Source: Octopus vulgaris (Eukaryota). Taken from it: DNA of 64,000 nucleotides. Positions within the stretch are counted from its first letter, which is position 1. Each line of letters opens with the position of its first letter. A program made the translations under genes and the position numbers. Under the pieces are notes generated by a model that was not told the DNA's origin, searched no databases, and saw only the letters and a list, made by a program, of their open reading frames with translations. The stretch spans positions 10,912,001-10,976,000 of the forward strand of contig OX597837.1 in assembly GCA_951406725.2 (NCBI GenBank). Reading direction: 5' to 3'. This document shows positions 12,701 to 27,178 of this stretch, one piece after another.

Positions 12701-15236
12701 TGCACACATACACATAATCGCTCACACTCATACATACACACACACACATACTCACACATGCATAATCGCTCACACTCATACACACACACACATGCACACG
12801 CACACATGCACACATACTCGCTCACAGTGGAGGCACATGGCCTAGTGGTTAGAGCAGCGGACTCGCGGTCGAGGGATTGCGGGTTCGAATCTGAGACCGG
12901 CGATGTGTGTGTTTATGAGCGAAAACACCTAAGATCCATGCAACTCCAGCAGAAGGTAATGGCAAACTTCTGCTGACTCTTTCGCCACAACTTTCTCTCA
13001 CTCTTTCCTTCTGCATCTTGCAGCTCACCTGTGACGAACCGCCTCCCCCCCATCCAGGTGGAGAACCTATACGCCAAGAAACCGGGAAACCGGCCCTTAT
13101 GAGCCAGACGTGGCTTGAGAAGGAACAAACAACAACATACTCGCTCACACTCATACACACACTCACATACACAGAACCATTTTCGATTTGTATTTTTAGA
13201 ATCTGTGCTCATTAAGCAAATAAATAATTAAACAGCTATCATGCTAATTAAACTTCCTTGATGTAATTGTCTTGTTTCAGTTCTGTGATAGACACTCTGA
13301 ATTTTCCTGTCAGCTGATGTGGCGGAATTGGTTACGACCTGGCATTAACAAGAAACCCTGGACCAAGGAGGAGACAATGCGGCTAAGAAAATTGGTGGAA
13401 CTACATGGTCGGCACCAGTGGCAGAGAATTGCCAAAGAACTGAAGGTCAGTTATTTCCAAGTCTCAATTCCTGCCAATTCTCATTCTGGCTGCAATCAGT
13501 ATAAGTCCTGGTTTGCTCGACTAAGCCCCATTAAGGTGGTGCTCCAGCATGGCCACAGTCAAATGACTGTAACAAGTAAAAGAATAAAAAAAAATTAACA
13601 CTTCAAATTAATTATGTTTTTTTTTAATTCTTTTATTCTTTTACATGCTTCAGTCATTTGACTGTGGCCATGCTGGAGCACCACCTTAATGGGGCTTAGT
13701 CGAGCAAATCAGGACTTATACTTTGTATGCCTAGTTCTTATTTTATCGGTTTCTTTTGCCGAACTGCTATGTTTCATTTTTTTTCTTTTTTTTTCCCTGT
13801 CCTATTGCATGCCATATTGGACAACTGGGTGTCTTCCACTTGTAACCCTGGGTCTGGGCTGACCAAAGTCTTTGAGTGGACTTGGTAGGTGGAAACTGAA
13901 AGATGTCCTGGCATACACACATACGTATACATGTGTGTGTATGTGTGTTTACATTTTTGCTGCTCCAGAATTCACTGACCTACAAGTGGTGACATTGTTG
14001 CCATTTCCCCTGTTGACAAATCATCTGGTTTCACACCTTTGAAGATGTATGAGATAAAAGGTGAGGGTTGAGAGGGGTGTGCTTCCCCCACCCTCAGTCA
14101 ATTTGCTGAAAGGTGGGTGAATCTGGCGAGCTTAGCTCAGGTAAATGCTGGAATATGTAGGCTCAGGAGATAGGAGCACTTGCCATGTTACTCTTGATAA
14201 ACAGAGTGACTCAGGATTTGTGGGGTTCCCTAATCACCCTTGGGTGGCACTCTTTCCTATTACTCTTTACTCTTTTACTTGTTTCAGTCATGTGACTGTG
14301 GCCATGCTGGAGCACCGCCTTCAGTCAAACAAATCGACCCCGGGACTTATTCTTTGTAAGCCTTGTACTTATTCCATCGGTCCCTTTTGCTGAACAGCTA
14401 AGTTATGAGGATGTAAACACACCAGCATCGATTGTCAAGCGATGTTGGTGGGGACAAACACACATATACACACACACACATACATACATATATATGACGG
14501 GCTTCTTTCAGTTTCCGTCTACCAAATCCACTCACAAAGCTTTGGTCGGCCCGAGGCTATAGTTGAAAGCACTTGCCCAAGGTTCCACGCAGTGGGACTG
14601 AACCCGGAACCTTGTGGTTCGTAAGCAAGCTACTTACCACACAGCCTATTGCTAATTGTTATTGTTCTCATTGTTTACATGTGTTTCATTTAAATCCCCT
14701 TTGTTTTGTGTGCAGCCCTTGTGACCAATAACAAAAGAATCCTTATCGTCATCATCATAATCATCATCGTTGTTATTATTATTGTGGATCTTTTCGGTTT
14801 GAACGGCAGTTTTTAACGTAACTTCTAGGTAACTAAAAAAATTTTAAACTTTGTATACTGGGAGAATGTGCTTATAAAACATCTTTTTGTCTTAACTTTA
14901 TTGAGAAAATTCTATAGTTTGTAAGATATTTGTTGTTTTTTCTTCAATTTCTGCAATTTCAACCAATCACTGATGTCTATTGAGGTAAAAAAACATTCTG
15001 TGCCATATGAATATGACCCTCGTTTAAGAAACAGATTGGGTTTATTTACATTTGTGAAGAAAAAAAGATACCCTTCCTCCCACCCCTAACGCTAACCCTA
15101 ACCCTAACTAACCCTAACCCTATAACAGATTGAAATGCAATAGATCGATACTAGGGTCATAATTATGGGTGACAATTTCATATGACACCGCTAGAAAAAA
15201 CTGCCGTTCAAACCGAAAAGATCCATTATTGTTATT

Positions 15237-15282
<46 letters not shown>

Positions 15283-16352
15283 CTCTACAGACCAATCGTA
15301 CCCCTATGCATTGTCTGCAGCATTACAGGCGAGAACTCGACTCCTTTACTAAACGGTAAGTAGTACTTGTTATTGTTGTTTGGCCCCAGAGTAGGTGGAA
15401 CTTTCCAGCCCTGTAAGGCAATTCACCTTGGACAAGGCCACTCCCGTATAAAACCTTTGGTTTGCTGGCCACTATAGCTGCCTTAGCCCACTAAGCCATT
15501 GCAGACTGACCTTGAAGTCTAAGGACTGGGATTGGATTGCACAAACTGGCCCTCATTTTAACCCCTTAGCATTCAGACCACCCTGTCAAATGCCATGTTT
15601 ATTCATTCTCATCATCATCATCATCGTTTAACGTCCGTTTTCCGCGCTAGCACGGGTTGGACGGTTCGACCGGAGTCTGGGAAGCCAGGGCTGCCCCAGG
15701 CTCCAATCTGATCTGGCAGTGTTTCTACAGCTGGATGCCCTTCCTAACGCCAACCACTCCGCGAGTGTAGTGGGTGCTTTTTACGTGCCACCTGCACAGG
15801 TGCCAGGGTGGGGGGGGTCTGGCATCGCGTTACCTTGTAGCTTTGAGATTTCAGTGATGTGATTGTTTATTTTTAGAATGACAATGTAGGGTAGGTGTGA
15901 GAGGCTGGATCTGGCCAGTTGGAAAACAAAACAGCTGGATTGTTTTGGCTGAATATGGCTTGTTTAAAATGCTAAAGAGTTAAAACTACATTGCACAGGT
16001 TTGAAGAAAAGTCCTGCTGCATCCATCAACCCATCATCATTATCGTTTGGTGTTCAGTTTTCTATACTTTTGTTGGTCGGGTGGAATTTCTTGAGGGAGA
16101 TTTTTTTACAGCTGGATGCCCTTCCTGTCACTAACCCTCACCTGTTTCCATGCAAGGTAATATTTCCCCCCATGGCTAGACATGTTATTCATGGAAGACT
16201 TGAAATCAACAACCTCGCTTATATAACAGGGATGCTTGTTTACAACCATCACATGATGTCTGAACGAAGATACATACAAGCACATACACACACACACAGA
16301 TCTACACACACACACACATGTAGGCACACACACACACGAACATACACACGCT

Positions 16353-16404
<52 letters not shown>

Positions 16405-16456
16405 ATATGCTTCTTTCATGCACACACATGAAGGCACACACTCACACACACACACT

Positions 16457-16514
<58 letters not shown>

Positions 16515-17992
16515 TATATGATGTGCTTCTTGCAGTTTCCTTCTACCAAATCCACTCACAAGCCTTTGGTTGACCCAGGGCTATAGTAAAAGACACATGC
16601 AGAAGGTGCCACATACTAGGACAGAACCCAAGGCCCACGAGGCCCTGAAGCAAGTTTCTGAACTCCACAGCCATGATTGCATTTACAGTAAAAGAATAAA
16701 ACCATTTTCCAAAATGGAAAGATTTTATTTTTATGAAAATATTGCAAAAAGATAATTTTTAAAAAAACCCTTTTTTTCCTAATGTTTTTTACAGAGGCTG
16801 GACAGAAGAAGAAGACAAAATTTTGAAAGAAGTTGTCGATAGCTGCCGTATTGGCAGTCGAATTCCTTGGAACCAAGGTAGGTTTTGATGTATTTAAATG
16901 GGCATTGATGCGAGCATGGCTGTGTAGTTAAGGGGGCAGCTTTCCCAACCTCATGGCCCTGGGTTCAGTCACACTGCATAGTACTTTTGGCAAATATCTT
17001 CTGCTAAAGCCCTGGGTTAACTGGAAGCCTTACGAGTGGATTTGGCAGATAGAAACTGAAAGAAGCTCGTCACACAGACACTCGTGCATGCACACACACA
17101 CACACACACTTGTGTGCATGCGTGTGTGTTTGTTTGTACTCTTGTCATGACCACATGATAATTGTAAACGAGCATCACTGTCAAACAAGTGGTGTTGTTC
17201 ATTTCCTGTCTTCCATGGAAAACATATCCGTCCATGGGGGAAATATCACCTATCTTGGAAACAGGTGAGGCTTGGTGACAGGAATGGAATCTAGCTATAG
17301 AAACTCTGCCAGTTGCGCACTGGGGTCGATGTAATCGACTTAATCCGTTTGTCTGTCCTTGTTTGTCCCCTTGTTTGTCCCCCCTTGTAGGTAGTAAAGA
17401 AGTATATAGAAACTCTGCCTCAAAGAATTCCTTCTGACCAGGCATTTCTTCTGATTTTTGGTATGTTCTGAGTTCAAACACCACCACAGCCAACTTTGCT
17501 TTTCTCCCTTTGGGGCCCATAAAATAAAGTACCCGATAAGTACAGGGCTTGATGTAATTGACTAACCCCTTTCCTTAAAACTGCTGGCCTTGTGCCGAAG
17601 TTTGAAAACATTATTATTATTATCATTATTATTACCTCCACCTTAACGAAGGCAGAGGTATTGTTTTCACTGGTATTTGTTTGTTTGTTTGTCCATGGAC
17701 AAGATATCTCAAGAACTGTTGGATGGATTTGGATGAAACTTTCAGAGATGTTTGGCCTCGCAACTGGCACAAACTGATTAGATTTTGGAATTAGATACTG
17801 GACAAGGGTTCTGGATTATTTTTTCTGTCTTTTTACTTAACTTTTGAGAGCGGTCGGGTTCATTTTTAGTATTCTCGTTTTTGAGAGCAGTTGAGTTTAT
17901 TTCAGATATTCTCATTTTAAAAATCATCTCCGGCTAATCGTTGAGAGGACGTTGGTGTTGCCTTGGCAGAGGTTTGCGCTCTCTGGGTGCTC

Positions 17993-18032
<40 letters not shown>

Positions 18033-18269
18033 CGGTGGCACGTAAAAAGCACCATCCGATCGTGGCCATTTGCCAGCCTCGTCTGGCACCTGTGCCGGTA
18101 GCATGTAAAAAGCACCCACTACACTCATGGAATGGTTGGCGTTAGGAAGGGCATCCAGCTGTAGAAACATTGCCAGATCAAACTGGAGCCTGGCGCAGCC
18201 TTCTGGCTTCCCAGACCCCAGTTGAACTGTCCAACCCATGCCAGCATGGAAAGCGGATGCTAAACAATG

Positions 18270-18300
<31 letters not shown>

Positions 18301-21300
18301 TATGTTTGACTTTTGCTTTATGTCTGTACAAGTTGGCTCCAAGTCTCACCCAGAGACCTCAAGGGACAACAGGTTGGAAGTTCTGTGCCATATATTTGGG
18401 GTTTTTTTTTTTTTGGTGTTGTACTTGTGAATGTCTAATACATAAAAAAATAAAAAATAAATAAAAAAAAAGTTTGTTTTAAACCTTGGGATTACATAGA
18501 GAGTATTTTGCGTAGGATATGAGCAGTTCCCATGAGCACTATCTTTTGAATTTCTGCCATTTGGGGGTTTCCTGGTATCTGAGTTAGGTAGCAATCAGTC
18601 CCTTTCGCTATCATTCCCAGGGCACCTATGATAACAGGTATTGTTTTAGTCTTCAGCTTCCACATTTTGCTGATTTCTATTTCAAGATCTTTATATTTGC
18701 TCAGTTTTTGGTAGGTCTTGACAGATACATTTATATCGATTGGGACAGTCATATCAATGAGGAGGCATGTTCTTTGTCTGAAGTCTTTCAATATAATGTC
18801 TGGCCTATTTGCATCTATCTTCCTGTCAGTTTGAATGGTGAAGTTCCAGAGGAGTGAGATGTGGTCATTTTCAAGCACAGGAGGTGGATTGTGTTCCCAC
18901 CAGTTTTTTTCATGGAGCAAATCCAGGTTTTTGCAAATTACCCAATGAATATATTGTGCAGCTCTATCATGCCTACTGTGGTACTCTGTAGGCGCTAGAA
19001 GACTGCATTTGGAGACAACATGGTCAATGGTTTCATTTTGTTGTCGGCATACACGACATGTTGGGCTACTGCCGTTCTTTAATATGTTGGCCTGGTAGTT
19101 TCTTGTTGGTAGGCATTGATCTTGAGCTGCTATGATAAACCCCTCTGTTTCAGATTTTAAGCCAGAGGCCATTAGCCATTGATGGGTCAGGGCTTTGTCG
19201 ATATCTGCATTATTCGCTCTCTTTGGGTATTTGCCATAGAGAGGTTTTTCTTGCCATTTATTATTCAGAATGTCTAAGGCCGCAGTTTTGGCACGGGTTT
19301 TTCATGCGCCTAGCTTTTTCTGTGCTTGTTTCTTGTATATCTATCTCTAATTCTGAAATTGGTTGTATTCGGAATTCACTTAGATATTCCTTTGCCTGTT
19401 TTGTGACTGAGTATGATGCTTTCTTGTTTTCATGTTTTGAGACAAGTTTTAACATCCAGTCCTCAGAGTTTTTCAGGTAGGTGTCTAGGCCAATTGTAGC
19501 AATCTTCATTGTTATTGCCAGTTGCAAAAGACCACGGCCTCCCTCTTTTCTTGGCAGATAGAGTCGTTCTGTATCTGCCTTAGGGTGGTGCATTCTATGC
19601 ATTGTCAACAGTTTCCTTATTTTTCTGTGGAGCTGACATATTTCAGTAATTGACCAGTTAACAATATTGAAACTGTAAGTCACGACTGGTATGGCTAATG
19701 CATTGATCGCTTCGATCCTGTTTCTTGCATTCAGCTCTGTCTTGAGTATTGCTCTCACTCTTCGATAACATTCTCTCCTGATCCTTTCCTTCATCTCTGA
19801 ATGCCTTATTCCGTTCCCTTCAATTACCCCTAGGTACTTGTAGCTCTCCGCTGGGTCTAGTTCTTTTATGACATTCTGTTGGTCAAGGTTAACGTTAGAT
19901 GTTTCTGTCATTTTCCCTTTGATAAAGGTAGCCTTTGCACATTTATCGAGGCCGAATTGCATTCTGATGTCGTCACTGAATTGTTTGACTATCGCTAGTA
20001 AGCCCTTGAGTTGTTGATCATTTTTTGCAAAAAGCTTTAAATCATCCATGTAAACGAGATGATTTATATTTTTATCAAACATTTTATACCCGTACTGCAC
20101 GTCATTGGGCAGCTTTGAGAGAGGTATTAAGGATAAACAAAAGAGGAGTGGTGACAGTGAGTCACCCTGGAAAATGCCACACGAAATTTTTACATCACCA
20201 TATTATTATTATTATTATTATTATTATTAAGGTGGTGAGCTGGCAGAATCGTTGGCATGCCAAGCAAAATGTTTAGTGATATTTTGCTTGCTGCTACGTT
20301 CTGAGTTCAAATCCCACCAAGGTCAACTTTACCTTTCATCCTTTCGGGGGTTGATAAATTAAGTACCAGTTGAGTACTGGGGTTGATATCATCAACTATC
20401 CCCTTCCCCCCAAATTTCAGGCCTTGTGCCTATAATAGAAAAGATTATTGTTATTATTATTATTATTATTTATTTATTCATTTTTTTTCCAGTGTCATTT
20501 TATATGGAAGGTCGTAGTAGCACTGCTTGTATCGCTCGCTGGACGGCTTTGGATCCGAGTATCAAGCATGGTCGATGGACGCAGGAAGAAGATTCTGTAA
20601 GCATTCTGTGGTCTTTTAGGGGCCTGTTCCCTCTTTTATGTCTCAAATTGGTGCCTATAAAGTCAAATATACATACATACATGTATATATATGTGTGTGG
20701 GGTGGGGAGAGTGAGTATGTTTTACTGTCTCCTTGTCTCGGTATTTTGTGATAGTTGTAAACGAGTATCAGTGTGATACAAGCCATAACATATATATATA
20801 TATATGTATGTATGTATATATGTATGCGTATATGTATGTGTGTGCGCATGTATGTATATATGTATGTATGTGTATATATGTATGTAAATGTATATATCAT
20901 CATCATTGTCTAACGTCCGTTTTCCATGCTAGGAGTCTGATCTGGCAGAGTTTCTACAGCTGGATGCCCTTCCTAACACTAACATCCAGTTGTAGAAACT
21001 CTGCCAGATCAAGACTGGAGCCTGGTGCAGCCATCTGGTTTGCCAACCTTCAGTCAAAATCGTCCAACCCATGCTAGCGTGGAAAGCAAACATTAAACGA
21101 TGATGATGATGAAGCTGTTCTGAACTTCACCATCCTGTCTTTTAATATATCTCAGATTATTTGGAGCAGTGATTCCGTAACTTTTTCAGGCAGCCACCCT
21201 CTGGGCACCCAGGCCACATCCCAGGCATCCCTTCCACTCACTACCACAAACAAAAACCATTTTCTGAAGCAAATTTAAAACAACTGTATTTCACAAATAA

Positions 21301-24300
21301 AACTTAACTTAATTAACCCATTATTTTGTTTCCTTTCACATCCGTTGCCCCCTTTTTGGCCACCCCATTACCACCCTTTTCGAGGGCAGTACTGCTCGTT
21401 TTGGGGACCTCTAATTTAGAGTGTATCAAAGTAATTTTTTCTTTTCTTTTTTGTTTTTTTCTTTTCTTTTCTCTAACTTCAGCTGTTGGTGGCAGCAGTT
21501 CAAATAATGGGAACAAGCAAATGGCCCCATGTCAGGAGTCTGGTCCCTAATCGAACAGCCAACCAGTGTCGTGAAAGGTCTGTATGGCACATTTCTTTCC
21601 TCCTCCTCCTCTTCCTCTACTCCTCCTCTTCTTCCTCCTCATCCTCATCACCCCTTCCCCTCCACCTCAGCTTCCTCCTCCTCCCTTTCCCTCCACCTCA
21701 GCTTTCTTCCTCCTCATCCTCATCACCCCTTCCCCTCCACCTCAGCTTCCTCCTCATCCTCCTCCTCCCTTTCCCTCTACCTCAGCTTTCTTCCTCCTAC
21801 TCCTCTAATCCTCCTCCTCTTCCTCCTCCTCCCCCTTTTCCCCTCCACCTCAGCTTTCTCCCTCCTACTCCTCCTCCCCTCCTCTTCTTCCCCCCTTTCC
21901 TTCCACCTCAGCTTTCTTCCTCCTACTCCTCTACTCCTCATCCTTCACCACCACCACCACCAACAACAACAACTGCAGAGCAATGGTGGGACACTGTCCT
22001 AAAGGGTTTAGTCGGACAAATTGATTCGGGTCCTTATTTTTTGGCATATATCTGGCACTTATTCTATCAGTCGCTTTTGCTGAACTGTTAGGCCATAAAC
22101 AAACCCACACCAGTTATCGGGTAGAGGCAAGACACTCACAAAGACTCAGAAGCACACACATATGTGCCAGTGGTACGTATAAAGCACGTGTGCCAGTGAC
22201 ACATAAAAGGCATTTGTGTCAGTGACCCTTCAAAAAGACCCTCCTGCCGGTGACACATTAAAGGCACCCATGCCAGTGACACGTTAAAGGCACCCGTGCC
22301 AGTAGCATGTTAACACATAAAGCACAACTGGCCATGATTGTGGCCATCAGGCACAGGTGAACAGGCCACGATCGTGGCCCAGATAGATGCATTTAATTTA
22401 TGGGCTTTTGCTACCTAGAAATTATGCTAAAAACTGCCGTTCAAACCGAAAAGATCCCCCTGGCATGGGTACCTCTATTGTATCACTGGCATGGGTGCCT
22501 TCTTACCACACAGTCATGCCTATATATATATAATCTCTGTCATTTTCAGATGGGTCAACTGCTTGGATCCAGGTATTAACTCAGGGCCGTTTACCTATGA
22601 GGAAGATAAATTATTATTGAAATATGTCAAAGAGAATGGAGGTATGTGCTGGGAATTCCTACATTTCTTAAATTCCGTTCTTGAAGCAAACCCAATCATT
22701 AAATGTCTAATATGAGTTTTTGTTCTTAATGAGATTACCATTTACATCTCAATGTGACAGTCCCTTAAGGGAATTACACCACCGCCATTTAGCCCTAGGA
22801 AACATCGACGCTTCCTGTTGGCTTTGACACATTTTCTGTGTCGTTATATTTGCAAAGGGGAGGCAATCACCCCGATTGCCTTCCCTTTGCAAATATAAGG
22901 TCATAGAAAATGTGTCAAAGCTGACACGAAACGTCGATGTTTTCTAGGGCTAAATGGCAGTGGTGTAATTCCCTTAAGGGACTGTCACATTGAGTTGACA
23001 GTATACAACCACTATATCGCTCCTCCACCGCTCATGTCTCTCTGAGTCATTTAGAAATTCTAATTTCTAATTTACATCTTATTAACCTATTTATCCATCT
23101 TTTACGATGCATATTAACTAATAGATCCCCATCTTCAATGATGGAAGGCAGGGCTGCTAAATCTGGCTACAAGTAACAGACTTTACTACTTTTTAGGACT
23201 ATGTGCTATTGTTTTCCTTTGTTGTTTTTTTAAAAATTTAGATTCCATGTTATTTTGATATTTTAGTCATCATCATCATCATCGTTTAACGTCTGTTTTC
23301 CATGCTAGCTTGGGTTGGACGGTTCGACTGGGGTCTGGGAAGCCAGGAGGCTGCACCAGCTCCAGTCTGATCTGGCAGTGTTTCTACAGCTGGATGCCCT
23401 TCCTAATGCCAACCACTCCGTGGGTGTAGTGGGTGCCTTTTACGTGCCACCGGCACAGGTGCCAGGCAAGGCTGGCAATGGCCACGATCAGTTGGTGCTT
23501 TTTTCGTGCCACCAGTATGGAGGCCAGTCGGGGCGGCGCTGGCAACAGTCACGTTCGGATGGTTCTTTTATGTGCCACCGGCACTGGTATCACAACTACA
23601 ATTTCCATTGATTTTTGAGCGATTTCGATTCCGATTAATCATATTTACAATCATATTTGATTAACAACCAAATAGATAAACTAGAAAAAACTTTTAGGCA
23701 ATCCTTGTGTGTTTGTGTTTGTGTGTGTGTTTGTGTGCATGTAGGATTTAAGTGCAAGCTACTATAAGTTTCATGCTTCTGAGAGTACACCAGTCAGATG
23801 TGCTTGTATAGCATGCCTTGTACTATCAGGGAATGATTCAGGCTCAAAATAAAACATGGCTACTCTCTGAGACAAAGCAAGAAAGAATGAGAGGAAAAAG
23901 GAAATGAAAATAAAAGCATGTATGGAAGGGATAAGAGTTGTGTCCCTTGATCTGTTTGCCTTGTGAATTAACAATGTTTCATGTGGTTAATGTAACAAGA
24001 AAAGGTTAAAGTTTGTAAGACTGTATGTTGAACTTGGAGAGGGTAATGTTCTCCAGTTCAATAATCAAAACTTATCTAGATGTTTGCATTTGGTGTAAAT
24101 TTCAGTAGGTTGATGGAGTTCTTAGATTTAAAAAGGATATACCAGTGGTGTCATTTGTATGCAGTCTTCCATGAAACACATGGCCATTAATTGTACTGTT
24201 CATGTTTGAAAGACCAGGGTGAATATTGCCTAACTCAGAAAGGGGCGAGGAATATTGACAGGGAAGGCATCTGGCTGTAGAATGAATTGGGTTGTCCCAA

Positions 24301-24872
24301 TGAATTTCGTCTGATCAAGTATGGAAAACTAGACATAAAAATGGTGATAGTGATGATGATGATGATGATGATGATGATAGTGACGGTGATGATGATGATG
24401 AATTTGTGTTGTTTAACTTTCAGCTGGTAACTGGGCCACTGTCGCATCTCACCTGCCGGGCCGTACCGATCAGATATGCTCCACTCAATATTTCCGACTC
24501 AAGAAATGGCGAGACCAAGCGAATTTTGTAAAAAAGCAGTCTGTAAGTCGATCAATTATCTTTTATTAATCTTTTCTGATTGTTTTTTAATATTTTTTAA
24601 TTATTTTTATTCTTCTTGAGCCCTAGGACCCATAAGACCAGTTACACAGTTTCTATGCCATGTGAGTGATTGAGATCACATTATTTCCCCTCCAAACAAG
24701 ATGCCCATTTGTTGCAGGGTTCAACGCCAGTAATTTTGAGGGAAGTCAAAATAAGCAACAAGGATTCTTCTGGATATCCTTGTTGCTTATTTTGATTTTA
24801 ATCACCCCATTTTGAATTATATAGATAATACCATACTAAATTCTGGTGCCTTTAACTTAAGTACCATATTCA

Positions 24873-24919
<47 letters not shown>

Positions 24920-26544
24920 GTTTCTTTATTACCTACAAGGGGCTAAACATAGAGGGTACAAACAAGGACAGACAAACGGATTAAGCTGATTACATCAACC
25001 CCAGACGATACATTATGTTCTTGAGCAAAGCACTTCATTCCATGTTGCTCCAGTCGACTCAGCTGGCAAAAATGAGTAATCATGTGATGGTCCAGTGTCC
25101 CATCAGGTGGGGAATATATATGCCACAGAAACCAAGAAACTAGTTCTATGAGTCTGTATGACACAGGAAGGAACCTTTTTTTCTTTCTTACATAATACCA
25201 CCTCTCCCTTTGCTGTAGTTCCCACCCACTCAAAGGCGATATTGGTCTTGCAAGCTGCGTAGCAACCTCACCAGCACTGGGACCATGAGAAAATACACCC
25301 AGTATGCTCTGTAAAGTTGTTGGTATTAGGGAAGGCATCTAACCATAGAAACTATGCTAAAAGCAAACATCAGAGCATAATGTAGTCCTTGGATCCTGTC
25401 TAATTGTGCAACACCAAAATAAGTAACAAGGATATCCATAGGTAATGCAGTACGATCGTTTCATACAACTCCATTTAATTGAACAATGCAACCATTACAT
25501 CAATTTAAATGCAGAGCAATCCTCAGCTGCACAAAGCCCTAAAATTTAATTAAATTAAAACAGAAGGGCACATTAGTATAATTTTGCCTAAAATCTTCAA
25601 GAAGGTAAGGAGATAGACAAAGAACATTGTTGCCATTGCTTCCACTTAGTAGCTTCCAAGTGGAAGGAAGGGAAACAATGTTCTTTGTCTATACTTCTGG
25701 CTACATAGCCATATCTCTGCTCTACAGCCTTGCCTCTGGCTACACAGCCACACCACTACATAAAGAACCATACCTCCAGTTACACAGCCACACCCTTGGT
25801 TACACAGCCACACCCTTGGTTACATAGCCACACCCCTGGTTACACAGCCATGCCTCTGGCTACATAGCCATGTCTCTGCTCCACAGCCTTGCCTCTGGCT
25901 ACACAGCCACACCTCTACCTAGAAAACCACATCCCTGCTACATAGCCATGCCTCCGGCTACACAGCTTCACCTGCATATTAATGTATTGTAATTTACAAA
26001 TTATTATCAACTTCTTTTTCATTTAACTTTTTCTCGTTTTTTTTTTCAGGATGAATCCAAGTCTTATTTCATGCCTAACTTTGATGCCGGTAAATACGCG
26101 GATCTTGTTGAGTCTGGAAAATCTTTGGATGTAAGTCTTTCCTTGGTCATCGTTGCCGTCGTCTTTCTTCTTCTTCTTCTTCTTCTTCTTCTTCTTCTTC
26201 TTCTTCTTCTTCTTCTTTTTCTTTTTTCTTGTTCTTTTCTTCTTCTTCTTCTTCTTTTTCTTCTTCTTCTTCTTCTTCTTCTTCTTCTTCTTTTCTTTTC
26301 TTCTTCTTCTTCTTCTTCTTCTTTCTTCTTCTTCTTCTTTCTTCTTCTTCTTCTTCTTCTTCTTCTTCTTCTTCTTTTTCTTTTTCTTCTTCTTCTTCTT
26401 CTTCTTCTTTTTCTTCTTCTTCTTTTCTTCTTCTTCTTTTCCTTCTTCTTTTTCTTCTTCTTTTTCTTCTTTTTCTTCTTTCATTCTTCTTCTTCTTCTT
26501 CTTCTTCTTCGTCTTCTTCCATTCTTCTTCGTCTTCTTCATTCA

Positions 26545-26576
<32 letters not shown>

Positions 26577-27146
26577 CTTCGTCTTCTTCTTCTTTCATTC
26601 TTCTTCTTTCATTCTTCGTCTTCTTCTTCTTTCATTCTTCTTCTTCGTCTTCTTCTTCTTTCATTCTTCTTCTTCTTCTTCTTCTTTCATTCTTCTTCTT
26701 CTTCTTTCTTCTTCTTCTTCTTCTTCTTTTCTTTTCTTGTTCTTCTTTCTTCTTCTTCTTCTTCTTCTTCTTCTTCTTCTTCTTCTTCTTCTTTTTCTTT
26801 TCTTCTTCTTCTTCTTCTTTTCTTCTTCTTCTTTTTCTTCTTCTTTTTCTTCTTCTTCTTCTTCTTCTTCTTCTTCTTCTTTTTTCTTCTTCTTCTTCTT
26901 CTTTCTTCTTCTTCTTTTTCTTCTTCTTTTTCTTCTTCTTTTCTTCTTCTTCTTCTTCTTCTTCTTCTTCTTCTTCTTTTCTTCTTCTTCTTTTTCTTCT
27001 TCTTCTTTCTTCTTCTTCTTCTTCTTCTTCTTTTTCTTCTTCTTTTTCTTCTTCTTTTTCTTCTTCTTTTCTTCTTTCATTCTTCTTCTTCTTCTTCTTC
27101 TTCTTCTTCTTCGTCTTCTTCCATTCTTCTTCGTCTTCTTCATTCA

Positions 27147-27178
<32 letters not shown>

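Noticed and set aside
12828-12900. tRNA gene
   Set aside because: A and B boxes are present, but the sequence continues into a repeated SINE body and lacks a clean acceptor stem.
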